NCBI GenBank assembly: GCA_965246715.1
Contig: CBDFFH010000012.1
Location: 96,001-160,000 of the forward strand
Reading direction: 5' to 3'
Source: Chamaesiphon sp.
GTDB lineage: Bacteria > Cyanobacteriota > Cyanobacteriia > Cyanobacteriales > Chamaesiphonaceae
DNA length: 64,000 bases
Part shown: positions 51,241-61,188 of the stretch, one piece after another
How positions within the stretch are numbered: position 1 is the stretch's first letter
Layout of the letters: every line of letters begins with the position of its first letter
Made by a program: the position numbers and the translations under genes
The notes under the pieces: generated by a model
Database searches by the model: none
What the model was told of the DNA's origin: nothing
Seen by the model: the letters and a program-made list of their open reading frames with translations, nothing else

Positions 51241-51284
51241 TTGACTTTTGTACTCGATCGAGAGTATAATAGTACGTATAAACT
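51241..51284 (+). promoter_or_regulatory. Sigma70-type recA promoter with a possible LexA box directly after the -10
   Basis: TTGACT-N18-TATAAT (51241-51270), then AGTACGTATAAACT (one good AGTAC half-site). Confidence 0.6.
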
Positions 51285-51348
51285 AAGCTTTTGGTTGTTA
51301 AACTAAGGCAAGTCAATTTCACTTTTCCCTTGTTATATAGAGGCATTA

Positions 51349-52428
51349 ATGGCAAACCAGATCGCGAATAGCCCAGATAGACAGAAAGCCCTCAACCTAG
51401 TCCTTGCCCAGATCGAGAAATCTTTTGGCAAAGGGGCAATTATGCGGCTCGGCGATGCTACTCGGATGCGGGTAGAAACTATTTCGAGTGGAGCGATGAC
51501 CCTGGATATTGCTTTGGGCGGTGGATTACCCAAAGGAAGAGTCATTGAAATTTATGGGCCTGAAAGTTCTGGGAAGACTACCCTCGCCCTCCATGCGATC
51601 TCAGAAATCCAACGTGCGGGCGGTGTTGCCGCATTCGTCGATGCAGAACATGCACTCGATCCCACTTATTCAGCGGCATTGGGCGTAGATATCGACAATC
51701 TGCTCGTCTCACAACCCGACTCAGGCGAAGCCGCACTAGAAATCGTCGATCAATTAGTTCGCTCCGCCGCTGTCGATATCGTGGTAATTGACTCGGTAGC
51801 CGCACTCGTACCCCGCGCCGAAATCGAGGGTGATATGGGCGACTCCCATATGGGTTTACAAGCACGCTTGATGAGCCAAGCGCTGCGGAAAATCACGGGT
51901 AATATCTCTAAATCCGGCTGTACCGTAATTTTCATCAACCAACTCCGTCAGAAAATCGGGATCGTCTATGGTAGTCCCGAAACGACTACTGGTGGTACGG
52001 CGCTGAAATTCTACGCATCGGTACGCCTGGATATTCGCCGGATTCAAACGCTCAAACGCGCGAATGATGGTGAATATGGTAACCGTGTCAAAGTTAAAGT
52101 TGCTAAAAACAAAGTCGCGCCGCCATTCCGGATTGCCGAGTTCGATATTATCTTTGGTAAAGGTATTTCGACTGTCGGTTGTTTGGTAGATCTCGCCGAA
52201 GAAACTGGCATCATCACTCGTCGCGGTGCTTGGTATAGCTACGAAGGCGATAATCTCGCTCAAGGACGCGACAATACCGTCAAGTACATGGAAGAGAATG
52301 CCGAGTTTGTCGCTAAAGTCGAGAAACAAGTGTGGGAAAAACTCAACGCAGGTACGGCTGTCTCCGCGAATACGCTCAAACAAGCTGAGGAAGAGGAAGA
52401 AGTTGTAGAAGTAGAACCAGAAGTATAA
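51349..52428 (+). CDS. recA: Recombinase A
   Basis: [42 protein letters not shown]; no intein. Confidence 0.98.
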   Translation: MANQIANSPDRQKALNLVLAQIEKSFGKGAIMRLGDATRMRVETISSGAMTLDIALGGGLPKGRVIEIYGPESSGKTTLALHAISEIQRAGGVAAFVDAEHALDPTYSAALGVDIDNLLVSQPDSGEAALEIVDQLVRSAAVDIVVIDSVAALVPRAEIEGDMGDSHMGLQARLMSQALRKITGNISKSGCTVIFINQLRQKIGIVYGSPETTTGGTALKFYASVRLDIRRIQTLKRANDGEYGNRVKVKVAKNKVAPPFRIAEFDIIFGKGISTVGCLVDLAEETGIITRRGAWYSYEGDNLAQGRDNTVKYMEENAEFVAKVEKQVWEKLNAGTAVSANTLKQAEEEEEVVEVEPEV

Positions 52429-52445
52429 AGCGAAGGTTCGATCGA

Positions 52446-52484
52446 GGGCGGTAAGTTAGGAATCTAAATCCTAGTTTACCGCCC
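52446..52484 (+). terminator. Hairpin downstream of recA
   Basis: GGGCGGTAAGTTAGGA...TCCTAGTTTACCGCCC followed by TTATTTT. Confidence 0.7.
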
Positions 52485-52835
52485 TTATTTTATTGGATTA
52501 TTTATTTTCGGAGATTCCTGAAGCCGTTCGTGAGATGACAAAAGCATTGCATCGAGTTGTGGAGATCTACGTATTTCATCAAACCATCGATAAATTGTCG
52601 CTTGACTGCTAACAAAATACTTTTGAGCTATGGAAAGCCATTTCCCTAATCCCAGTAATCCCTCCGTCCAGTTTTCCTTTGTCTCAAATATTTCTCGAAA
52701 ATCCTCCTTCAGCCGATGGTTCTGGTGTAATTTGTCGCTTTTCAAACCACTTTCAATTAGACTATACTTAACAATAGAATGCCTCCCATGTGAATCACCA
52801 CTTAGATTTTTATGGTAATTACACACATTTATCAA
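52485..52835 (-). mobile_element. ISL3-family transposase internal fragment
   Basis: HRLKEDFREIFET...GLLGLGKWL...FVSSQATIYRWFDEI; no intact ends. Confidence 0.6.
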
Positions 52836-52968
52836 TTCTTATTTGCCATATTTACTATCGATCGAGCATACTAAGTAGTGAAGAGCCTTAAATCCTTATT
52901 CCTAAAGTTAGAATGAAGGTACGATCGAGGGGCGATTGCTAATGCAGATAACAAGCTGTGCGAATGTC

Positions 52969-53457
52969 ATGGTAATTCTGATTATGGGAGTTTCTGGTTC
53001 TGGTAAAACGACGATCGGCGAAATGCTCGCCCAGAAACAGCACTGGCAATTCAAGGATGCAGATGACTTTCATCCCCAGGCAAATATCGATAAACTGCAT
53101 CGGGGAGAACCGCTCACCGATGAGGATCGCCGCCCCTGGCTGCAAGTACTCCGACAGGAGATCGACGCAGCCATTCAAGCAAATACCAATTTGATTCTGG
53201 CTTGTTCGGCGCTAAAAGCTACCTATCGTCAGATTTTGGAAGACGATCGACCGGAGCTAGTGAAATTTGTATATCTCAAAGGTTCGTTCGAGCTAATCCA
53301 ACAACGACTTAAAGAACGTCACGGACACTTTATGAATCCCGATTTACTACGCAGTCAATTTGATGATTTGGAACCACCAGAAGATGCGATCGTCGTAAAT
53401 ATCGAACAGTCCGTAGCGGAGAGCGTCCGCCAGATTGAAGCTAGTCTTCAGCTGTAA
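52969..53457 (+). CDS. gntK: Gluconokinase
   Basis: MGVSGSGKTT, DADDFHP, PLTDEDRRPWL, ACSALK..YR, HFM...LL.SQF..LE. Confidence 0.9.
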   Translation: MVILIMGVSGSGKTTIGEMLAQKQHWQFKDADDFHPQANIDKLHRGEPLTDEDRRPWLQVLRQEIDAAIQANTNLILACSALKATYRQILEDDRPELVKFVYLKGSFELIQQRLKERHGHFMNPDLLRSQFDDLEPPEDAIVVNIEQSVAESVRQIEASLQL

Positions 53458-53479
53458 GTCTTTTTCACGATAGTTGTTA

Positions 53480-53658
53480 GAGGCTGTCTGAAAAGTCCAA
53501 TCATTGTTAGCCTAGCGATTGAAATCGCCGCTACATTTGCAAAACCTGCCTACGCAGGTTAAAGAAACTGTTAGTGGGCGTGGCGATGCGCGCCAAGACA
53601 GCCGGACTTAGATCGTGTAGGCGCTGTTTTAACCGCTGTTCACTTTTCAGACATCCTC
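53480..53658. mobile_element. 179-bp MITE with 17-bp TIRs and TTA target duplication (IS5/IS1031-like ends)
   Basis: TTA|GAGGCTGTCTGAAAAGT...ACTTTTCAGACATCCTC|TTA. Confidence 0.8.
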
Positions 53659-53749
53659 TTATGCATAGATCGAGCACTCTATCGACTCATAGACTTATTT
53701 GGGAATAATAAAGGCATCTAACTACTTACTCTCAAAATACAGGTTACAG

Positions 53750-54709
53750 ATGTCTTCCCAAAATAGCATAGAATTATTTAATGCAGAATGGAAAGCAAGT
53801 ATCAAAAAATTTAAATCGATTGCTGGCTTGAAGTCACTAAATATCGATCTAAAACATCCTCAAACTAAGCAACCCATGACCGCTTACGAACAGATGCCAG
53901 ATGCTTATGCAGAATGGATGGAGATTAGCTCTGCGTGGGATAAAGAAAGCTTGTTTTTTTCGATTATCTATGATGCGGTTGGGCAATACATGAAGCCTTG
54001 GCAAGTTGCCAACTACTTGACGATCGATCGCAATGCATCTCAGGCATTCGATATTTTGACAGAAGCTAGCAACAAGGGAAATCTGGGTGAAGATTATCCT
54101 TCACATTGTGCCGCTTTAGCAAAGAGTCTATGCTCGCTGACATATTTTGATGAGTCGTTAGTTTGGGCAAAAAAAGCATGTCAAGCCGAATCTAATAACC
54201 AACATTTTAAGATTGTGTTAGCAGATGCTCACTTTTTGTCTGGCGACTGCGATCGAGCCTGTAAAATGTATGGCAAGCGTGTATCTTTCGTTCCTCCGTC
54301 GCCAAGCGAATCTGTAAGCGAGATGTTTTTAGTAACTTTCTCGATCGAACATGGAGCAGTCCCATCGCCAGTATTTGCGATCCAGATCGGAAGACAGTTA
54401 AGTAATCCCAATCAGGCGGAAGAGTTTTGGAAGTTGGCCGAAGCAGAATTTTATTATAGTCCCTACTTTCGAGCAGAACATGCTTATCATTTAGCTGAAA
54501 AAGGCCGTAATGAAGAATGTTTGGCTAAGTTAATTGCTTTAGTACAAGAAATGCCTTGGTTACAAGAAGCTAGCATAAATCTCAAGTCCTTATTCGACTG
54601 CTTTAATCGAAGTGGCGAGCGCATTATGCCAGACTTCCAACAAGAATTATCTCAAAGAATCAAAGATCGTGGTTGGAAGGGTAAAGGAATTTTTGCAGTA
54701 GCAGCATAA
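53750..54709 (+). CDS. Hypothetical TPR-like helical protein
   Basis: Long ORF with TPR-like segments (WAKKACQAESNN..FKIVLADAHF; LVQEMPWLQEA). Confidence 0.6.
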   Translation: MSSQNSIELFNAEWKASIKKFKSIAGLKSLNIDLKHPQTKQPMTAYEQMPDAYAEWMEISSAWDKESLFFSIIYDAVGQYMKPWQVANYLTIDRNASQAFDILTEASNKGNLGEDYPSHCAALAKSLCSLTYFDESLVWAKKACQAESNNQHFKIVLADAHFLSGDCDRACKMYGKRVSFVPPSPSESVSEMFLVTFSIEHGAVPSPVFAIQIGRQLSNPNQAEEFWKLAEAEFYYSPYFRAEHAYHLAEKGRNEECLAKLIALVQEMPWLQEASINLKSLFDCFNRSGERIMPDFQQELSQRIKDRGWKGKGIFAVAA

Positions 54710-54716
54710 TGAATAT

Positions 54717-55667
54717 TTAGGCAGGGCGGTACTCGTTCGATTGCGGCTGAGAATCGAATAAATGATTGAGAAAACTATTACTCAATTCCCGATTCCAAGC
54801 GTGCAATCTGACCATTACCCGCGAGAATGTAAAAGCTAATTCTACGGCATCTACCGTTGTCGCTACTCCCAAAATATTGCCACTGTGAGTACGTTCGCCC
54901 TGATGGTGGCTCATCAAACTGACGATATTGTGTGCGGAACCCTTGAGCTGCTTGAAATAAGTACCATCGAATGCCCACCGACAAAAGCCCCAAAATTTGG
55001 CGAGGTGATTGACTTCATCTTGGAGCGGTTGGGCGATCGCTTGTTGCAGAGCGCCAGTAGAATGCGCCATCAACCACAGGTAGACAGAAGTAGCGCCCCA
55101 TTCTGTCGAAATCCGGCTGAGGGTATGGCGATAGACATCTGCCAATGCCGATTTACTAGCTCCATCGCTATCGACGCTATTGGGTTTGGGTTGGAGTTTT
55201 TCACCTGTAAGTAAATGATAGATTTTTTTGAATGTCGGTGCGTGTTGGCGTTCTTCTTTTTCCCAAATCCCCATAGTAACGATCGATCCATCTGGACGTT
55301 GTTCGCCACCGAGGAAGTATGCCATCTGGGGATGAAGGGATTTCATATAATTCCAGCTTTCGTTGGAATATTCACGAATCGGGGTTTCGATCTCTGTCGC
55401 TCCAGCCACGAGCATGATAAATAAATCCGGATCGACACCGATAATTTGCTCGCGGGAAATGCCTTTCCAATCGATCGGTTCCCAAACTCTGGTATGTGGT
55501 TGGGAAAATTGCGTAGGTAAGTCGCTCAGGCGGTGGCTGAGAATCTCGATCGACAGATACCGATCGATTAACCGATTCATCCGCGCTCTGATTTGCAAAT
55601 AATTAGGATATGCGGGGCAGTAGCCAGCTAAGTCGGTACAGAGTTGAATTTGGTTGGTCGCGTTCAT
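54717..55667 (-). CDS. Ferritin-like diiron-carboxylate protein of unknown substrate
   Basis: Ligand pattern E(TEIE)...EERQH...E(TEWGA)...DEVNH. Confidence 0.7.
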   Translation of the reverse strand: MNATNQIQLCTDLAGYCPAYPNYLQIRARMNRLIDRYLSIEILSHRLSDLPTQFSQPHTRVWEPIDWKGISREQIIGVDPDLFIMLVAGATEIETPIREYSNESWNYMKSLHPQMAYFLGGEQRPDGSIVTMGIWEKEERQHAPTFKKIYHLLTGEKLQPKPNSVDSDGASKSALADVYRHTLSRISTEWGATSVYLWLMAHSTGALQQAIAQPLQDEVNHLAKFWGFCRWAFDGTYFKQLKGSAHNIVSLMSHHQGERTHSGNILGVATTVDAVELAFTFSRVMVRLHAWNRELSNSFLNHLFDSQPQSNEYRPA

Positions 55668-55777
55668 GAGAGTTTTTCCTGGGTGAAGTGGTTGATATTT
55701 GCATTCTCACAGCCAAATCGGTGAGATCGCCATGAGTAACCACTACCAGGGGGAACTGGGGTGAAGTAAGATGAAGT

Positions 55778-55985
55778 TAGTGGATAGTGGTTAGTGACTA
55801 GTGGCTAGTGAATGGCAATGCTGGGCTTTTGGTATTCGTAGCTTGCCTGAGTAAAGGGGATAGTGGCTAGTGATTAGTAAAGATGGGCTTTTAAGCTTCA
55901 CAGCTTGCATCGGTAAATAAAAACTGATGAAGTAGGCACAAAACTTCCTTACTCTGAAGTACTAGGCACTAGTCACTAGCCACTA
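55778..55985. repeat. STRR heptamer blocks (TAGTGGC / inverse GCCACTA) plus a diverged ~60-bp direct repeat
   Basis: TAGTGGATAGTGGTTAGTGACTAGTGGCTAGTG; TAGTGGCTAGTGA...TGGGCTTTT...AGCTTGC...GTAAA occurs twice; inverted block CTAGGCACTAGTCACTAGCCACTA. Confidence 0.6.
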
Positions 55986-56016
55986 AAACACCAATAACTT
56001 TGTTTCGATACAAGAT

Positions 56017-57018
56017 GTGAGCAAATTTGAGTTGGATTTGTGGTTCGATCGGGTGCGCCAGGAGCAAGCGATCGCTAAATTAGTAGAACGGGTGGGCTTG
56101 ACACGCTCCCGTGCTGAGTGTTTTCTGCGCTTGTGGATTTATCTCACCGTCAAGCAAAAATTGGAACGGGATGCCAAACTGAAACCGCCATTAGCCGAAC
56201 TATCGCTGCTGTGCGCGCCCGTCAGTTGCTCTCAGACAGAAGCGGCGGAGTTGTTTTATTACGATAAAGAGCGGGGTAGCGATCGATCTGCTGGCATGAT
56301 GCTAGATAAATTAGCGGCACTCCGGTTGATTCAGAAGCAATTCGATGGCAATATCACACGGATTGAAATCGTCGATGTGCCGCAATTACGCGAAACAGCC
56401 CCCGCTGAAGTAGCACTGAAGATAACCGCCTTCGAGCCGCGATGCGATGCGATTCCAGTTGCAAATCTATTAGCAGCAAACTACAACTGGATGAACCGCA
56501 ATCATGAAACAACACCCCAACGAATTACCAATTTGCTAAGAAAATGGGCGAGTCAATACGATCGCGGGATGCGGGTATTACGCCGCACTGACAATCTCAA
56601 CCCCGTCGGCTTTTACATGATGTATCCAACCGTACCCGCCTCGGATGCTAACTTTTTTATATCGCCGAGTAAGAGTTTGCATTTGAGTGCGATCGGGGAT
56701 GTCGATCCGTTTGTGATGGCGGAATCCGGCGACTTAGATTGTGTCTCGATTTTCATTCGGAGTTGGGCGATCGATCGGGAATATCTCGATCGGTATCGCG
56801 TCCCATTGTTAGTCGATTGTCAACAAACTTTAACCGCCATGCAACAAGATTTCCCAAATTTATGTGACTTATACACTATGATTATTCATCCCAGTTACGA
56901 GCGCCAAGCCTCGGCACTCGGCTTTCAATTCATGAGTCGCGATCGCCAATTATCTCTGCATTGGATGTATTTGCCACTCGATCGATTTTTAGCCCTAGAT
57001 ATTGCTGCTTGTTTTTAA
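56017..57018 (+). CDS. Hypothetical protein, predicted winged-helix + GNAT-like domains
   Basis: SQTEAAELFY...SDRSAGMMLDKLAALRLIQK (wHTH-like); PVGFYMMYP, IFIRSWAIDREY, ALGFQ (GNAT-like). Confidence 0.6.
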   Translation: MSKFELDLWFDRVRQEQAIAKLVERVGLTRSRAECFLRLWIYLTVKQKLERDAKLKPPLAELSLLCAPVSCSQTEAAELFYYDKERGSDRSAGMMLDKLAALRLIQKQFDGNITRIEIVDVPQLRETAPAEVALKITAFEPRCDAIPVANLLAANYNWMNRNHETTPQRITNLLRKWASQYDRGMRVLRRTDNLNPVGFYMMYPTVPASDANFFISPSKSLHLSAIGDVDPFVMAESGDLDCVSIFIRSWAIDREYLDRYRVPLLVDCQQTLTAMQQDFPNLCDLYTMIIHPSYERQASALGFQFMSRDRQLSLHWMYLPLDRFLALDIAACF

Positions 57019-57043
57019 CTGGCGATCGAACTCTTTTCCACGT

Positions 57044-59305
57044 CTACTGAGAGCGCTCGCCCTCCAAATAAGGCTTAAATCCGCCGGCGGGCGACCATTG
57101 AATCGCACCATCGCGCCCGGTATGATAGACCCGTACCTGATGTTGTTCCAACAATCGTACTGTATCGGGATCGGGAGTAGCAGTGGCGGCGATCGCGATT
57201 TTTGGACTCATTTTGACGATCGCTCGCTCGCTTAATTTACCACCGCGCCAATATAAAGTTTGAATGGGCTGAATGTTTTCTGGATCGATCGCAGGTTGAG
57301 TGCGATCGACTTTGGGATCGCCAATTACCAACCATTTTTGATTTGCTTCGGGAATATTAATTTGGAAAATACCCGGACTATTTTGAATATTCTTAACTTC
57401 CACGCGACCGAATTTCTCGATCGCCCCGATGGGGACTGGCTTGAATTTACTAGTCGTAGTATCTCCACCTTCGCTACCGATACTATAAAGGTTGCTAATC
57501 GGGATCGTTTGAGTCAGTGTCTGCCAACTATTTAGAGTCGATAGATCGCTATTAAATTCGATCGCCGTATCGATATAATTGATTGCCTGTTGTTGTAAAA
57601 ATGGCAAGACGACAAATCTCGCATTACTCTCATTACCACTATTGACTAACAGCGTTCGACCGCGATCTTGAATTACTAAGATCTGTCGATCGTTACTAGC
57701 CAAAGCCGTAAATTGTAGTTCGGTTGCTTTGAAGAATGATAACGGAATTATGACTAATAAAAATCCCACTAACATCGGCACTTGCCACTTTTTTTGCCAC
57801 TTTGGTACCTTCCAGACACCCAAGATGATGCCATAGAGGGCAAATAATTGCCAAATCGAAATCTGTCCGACCGCAAATGAAGCCCCTGGCAGATAATTAA
57901 ACAGATCGACAATCCAAATTAGGAGCTGAGTTGGCAGATAAAGTAGCCAAGAAACGGCACTACCCGCGATCGGTATCATCGAGCCAACTAATGCCCCAAT
58001 CGTCCCACCGATACTGATGATACTTATGAGCGGACTAGTAATAATATTTGCAGGTAAACTATAGAGCGGGAAAACTTTAAATACATATAATTGAATCGGT
58101 AACGTCCAAATCGATGCAGCTAGGGGTACGGTAATGAGATCCGCGATCGTTGGTGGCAGCCAGTCTAATTTTTCCTTTAATGGTTCGACTGTAACTATCA
58201 ACCCTAATGTTGCTAAAAAGCTTAATTGAAACCCAATATCCCAGACCCATAAAGGATTGATAACTAGTAAGATCGTGCCAGCGATAAATAGCGCGTTCAG
58301 CGGCTCGATCTTGCGGTTGGTGCGTAAAGCAATCAGTCCCGCCATGCCCATCACTACCGATCGCGCTACAGAGGGCTGTAACCCTGTCAAACCTAGAAAA
58401 ATGAGTAACGCCACCACGCCCAGATTAAACTGTCCTACAGCCGATAATCGCTTGCGGGTGAGCGAGATGAGCGTATTCAAAATCAACGAAACCTGAAAAC
58501 CAGAAGCGGCGAGGACGTGAGCCAATCCGACCCTAACAAATCGATCGTGCAAATCGAACGGTAAATCCACTGCCTCCGATCCCAACACCATTGCCGTCAA
58601 TAACGGCCCAACGGGAACATCCAGCCACTGTACCTGCGCCGCGACGATCCGCTGGCGCAACTTGCCCCAGCTCCACCGCTGCGTTTGACTCTCATCTGGT
58701 ACCCGCAACTGTACCCCACGCATTCCTGCAAATCCACCCGACTGACTCAAATAATCGCGAAAGCTAAATCCGCCAGGATTGGCATTTGGTTGGGGTAGAT
58801 ACAATGTCCCCGTAATCGATACCTCCACCCCCGGTTGCAAGCCCGTCCCGCTCTGCAATGGCACCGTTACATACAACCGACCGCTCACGGATCTGCTCAC
58901 GTCTGCGGGGCGCAATCCCTCACCCTGAATCTCATTTAATTGCGTGGCATTGAGCCAAAATTGACTGTTATTGCTGCGGGTGATATGTGGATAACTATCG
59001 ACGATCCCTTGAACGATCGTAAATTGCGCGGTACCCCGTTCGGCGGTGGTGTGGATGTATTTACTAATGTCGTTAGTAGCAGGTTTGGGGGTGCGTAAAT
59101 CTAGATAAAACGTAGCACAAATCGCGATCGCACTTGCCACTAACCAAAATTGCCAATTTCCACCCTTACGCCAAATTCGCGGCACTCCCCACGCTACGGG
59201 AATCGCCGCTACTACCAGTCCCCATCGCGTCCACGGCTCGGCGGTAACGAGTAAACCGATGACATAAGCCAGACACAGGACGATCGCACTTTGGGTATTC
59301 CGCAT
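57044..59305 (-). CDS. comEC: Competence protein ComEC/Rec2
   Basis: OB/DUF4131 region (NPGGFSFRDYL), GLAHVLAASGFQV, SVARSVVM, DIGFQLSFLATLG, VYHTGRDGAIQW. Confidence 0.92.
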   Translation of the reverse strand: MRNTQSAIVLCLAYVIGLLVTAEPWTRWGLVVAAIPVAWGVPRIWRKGGNWQFWLVASAIAICATFYLDLRTPKPATNDISKYIHTTAERGTAQFTIVQGIVDSYPHITRSNNSQFWLNATQLNEIQGEGLRPADVSRSVSGRLYVTVPLQSGTGLQPGVEVSITGTLYLPQPNANPGGFSFRDYLSQSGGFAGMRGVQLRVPDESQTQRWSWGKLRQRIVAAQVQWLDVPVGPLLTAMVLGSEAVDLPFDLHDRFVRVGLAHVLAASGFQVSLILNTLISLTRKRLSAVGQFNLGVVALLIFLGLTGLQPSVARSVVMGMAGLIALRTNRKIEPLNALFIAGTILLVINPLWVWDIGFQLSFLATLGLIVTVEPLKEKLDWLPPTIADLITVPLAASIWTLPIQLYVFKVFPLYSLPANIITSPLISIISIGGTIGALVGSMIPIAGSAVSWLLYLPTQLLIWIVDLFNYLPGASFAVGQISIWQLFALYGIILGVWKVPKWQKKWQVPMLVGFLLVIIPLSFFKATELQFTALASNDRQILVIQDRGRTLLVNSGNESNARFVVLPFLQQQAINYIDTAIEFNSDLSTLNSWQTLTQTIPISNLYSIGSEGGDTTTSKFKPVPIGAIEKFGRVEVKNIQNSPGIFQINIPEANQKWLVIGDPKVDRTQPAIDPENIQPIQTLYWRGGKLSERAIVKMSPKIAIAATATPDPDTVRLLEQHQVRVYHTGRDGAIQWSPAGGFKPYLEGERSQ

Positions 59306-59407
59306 CGAGCAGTTGAGATACAAGCATTTATCAATTTACCAGGATTATCGACCCATCCTCAGTAATCTATCCTCTAGCACTTTTCAAAACGACTCGCTCC
59401 CCTCAAC

Positions 59408-61069
59408 TCAAAATCCCCCAGTACCCGCTGCTCCCCATTGTCTCAGAAATCCCATCGCGTTATCATATCCTGATGTATTATTTTGCGACTTATAGAGTCT
59501 CGCTGCTTGCTGCATGTCGCTAATTCCTCCAGATCGATCGTTCAGCTTTCTATATTTCAACGCTCCGCGATTGGCGTAAGCGATCGCATAATTAGGGTCG
59601 AGTTGAATGGCACGATTATAGTCAGCTAATGCCCCCTGACTATCGCCGAGCTTATTCTCTTTCAAGAATCCGCGATTGTTGTAAGCTTCTGCATAATTAG
59701 GGTTGAGTTGAATGGCACGATTATAGTCAGCTAATGCCCCCTGACTATCGCCGAGCTTATTCTCTTTCAAGAATCCGCGATTGTTGTAAGCTTCTGCAAA
59801 ATTAGGATCGAGTTGAATGGCACGATTATAGTCAGCTAATGCCCCCTGACTATCACCGAGCTTGTCCTCTTTCAATGCTCCACGATTGTTATAAGGGTTC
59901 GCATAATTAGGGTTGAGTTGAATAGCACGATTATAGTCAGCTAATGCACCCTGACTATCGCCGAGCTTGTCCTCTTTCAATGCTCCACGGTTGTTATACG
60001 GGTTCGCCAAATTAGGGTTGAGTTGAATAGCACGATCGTAGTCAGCTAATGCGCCCTGAATATCGCCGAGTTTTTTTCCTTTCAATGCTCCACGATTGCT
60101 GTAGGGTTCCGCCAAATTAGGGTTGAGTTGAATGGCCCGATTAAGGTCAGCTAATGCCCCCTGGATATTACTGAGTTTTTCTCCTTTCAATGCTCCACGA
60201 TAGCTGTAAGCGATCGCAGATTTAGGGTTGAGTTGAATGGCACGATTCAACTCAGCTAATGCGCCTCGATAATCTCTCTTCTCAAACTTCTGAACCCCCA
60301 GAGCAATGTAGTCATCGGGCTTGGGTGCGCTATTCTGTGGAATGGCGGCAATTTTTGTATCGAGCGTCACTCCCAACTTACTCGCGATCGTCCCAAACCG
60401 CGCGATCGGAATGCCTAAATTAAATCCCGTTTTTGCGCCAGTATCGCCACTAGCAGTTATCTCGCGATCGCCCCTACCGTGGATGGCTACGAGTTCGCCA
60501 TTTTGATTCAACACTGCGCCCCCACTCATCCCTGGGAGCGTATCGTTACTGTACACCAGCGAATAACCTTTCTCAAAGGTTTTGTTACTATTGGCCGAAA
60601 CTTTACCCTCTCTAAAGACGAAAATCGAATCGGTAATAGTTTTAGTCGCCAAGGGAAATCCACCCACATATAGCTCCATCCCTTCTGTGAGTGAGTTACT
60701 GTTCCCTAATTTAGCTGTAGGATAGTTTGTTGCCGCGCGAAATTCGACTACGGCTAGGTCGATATCCACCGCAGCACGCCGGATCGAACTGTTACTGACG
60801 CTGTACTGTTTGCCATCTGAAGTCGCGATCGTATAGGTAACATTCTTAGCTTTAACGACATGAGCGGCGGTAAGTACGGTGTAGACATCGCCTTGATGTT
60901 TCAAGATGACTCCAGAGCCTTGGCTGTCTGGCTCGGAAATTTTGACGGTAATGGCTTTGGCTGTCTGAGCGATTTCTGGGGCTGTAGCCGCCGTAGCCAC
61001 CATCTGCACGAGCGGAATCGTCGCCGCAGCACCCATTAAACCCACCCAAAATATTGCTTTGTCTGACAC
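59408..61069 (-). CDS. Trypsin-like serine protease with 35-aa TPR repeats
   Basis: GSGV, LTAAHVV, DLAVV, GMSGG catalytic motifs; about 7 repeats GALADYNRAIQLNPNxAxxYNNRG. Confidence 0.88.
   Translation of the reverse strand: MSDKAIFWVGLMGAAATIPLVQMVATAATAPEIAQTAKAITVKISEPDSQGSGVILKHQGDVYTVLTAAHVVKAKNVTYTIATSDGKQYSVSNSSIRRAAVDIDLAVVEFRAATNYPTAKLGNSNSLTEGMELYVGGFPLATKTITDSIFVFREGKVSANSNKTFEKGYSLVYSNDTLPGMSGGAVLNQNGELVAIHGRGDREITASGDTGAKTGFNLGIPIARFGTIASKLGVTLDTKIAAIPQNSAPKPDDYIALGVQKFEKRDYRGALAELNRAIQLNPKSAIAYSYRGALKGEKLSNIQGALADLNRAIQLNPNLAEPYSNRGALKGKKLGDIQGALADYDRAIQLNPNLANPYNNRGALKEDKLGDSQGALADYNRAIQLNPNYANPYNNRGALKEDKLGDSQGALADYNRAIQLDPNFAEAYNNRGFLKENKLGDSQGALADYNRAIQLNPNYAEAYNNRGFLKENKLGDSQGALADYNRAIQLDPNYAIAYANRGALKYRKLNDRSGGISDMQQAARLYKSQNNTSGYDNAMGFLRQWGAAGTGGF
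59540..60270 (-). repeat. 105-bp tandem coding repeats (TPR units), some nearly identical at DNA level
   Basis: Recurrent GAGTTGAATGGCACGATTATAGTCAGCTAATGCCCCCTGACTATC at 105-bp spacing. Confidence 0.85.
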
Positions 61070-61188
61070 GATGTTGCTGCTCCAGTAACAGATTCGATCT
61101 CACGATCGATGTTGACTCACTCGATCGCCGTTCGTTGCCAATCCTACTGTACTACCTTTTATCCTCTGGCTAAATTAGAATCTCCCTT

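Noticed and set aside
51349..52428. Intein or intron in recA
   Set aside because: Normal 359-aa length with contiguous motifs
55778..55985. Mini-CRISPR in the ferritin/wHTH intergenic region
   Set aside because: Repeats are degenerate heptamers with only two diverged longer units; no cas genes in the window
59540..60270. CRISPR array or DGR template/variable repeats
   Set aside because: Units are in-frame 105-bp TPR codons with no unique spacers, and differences are not adenine-specific
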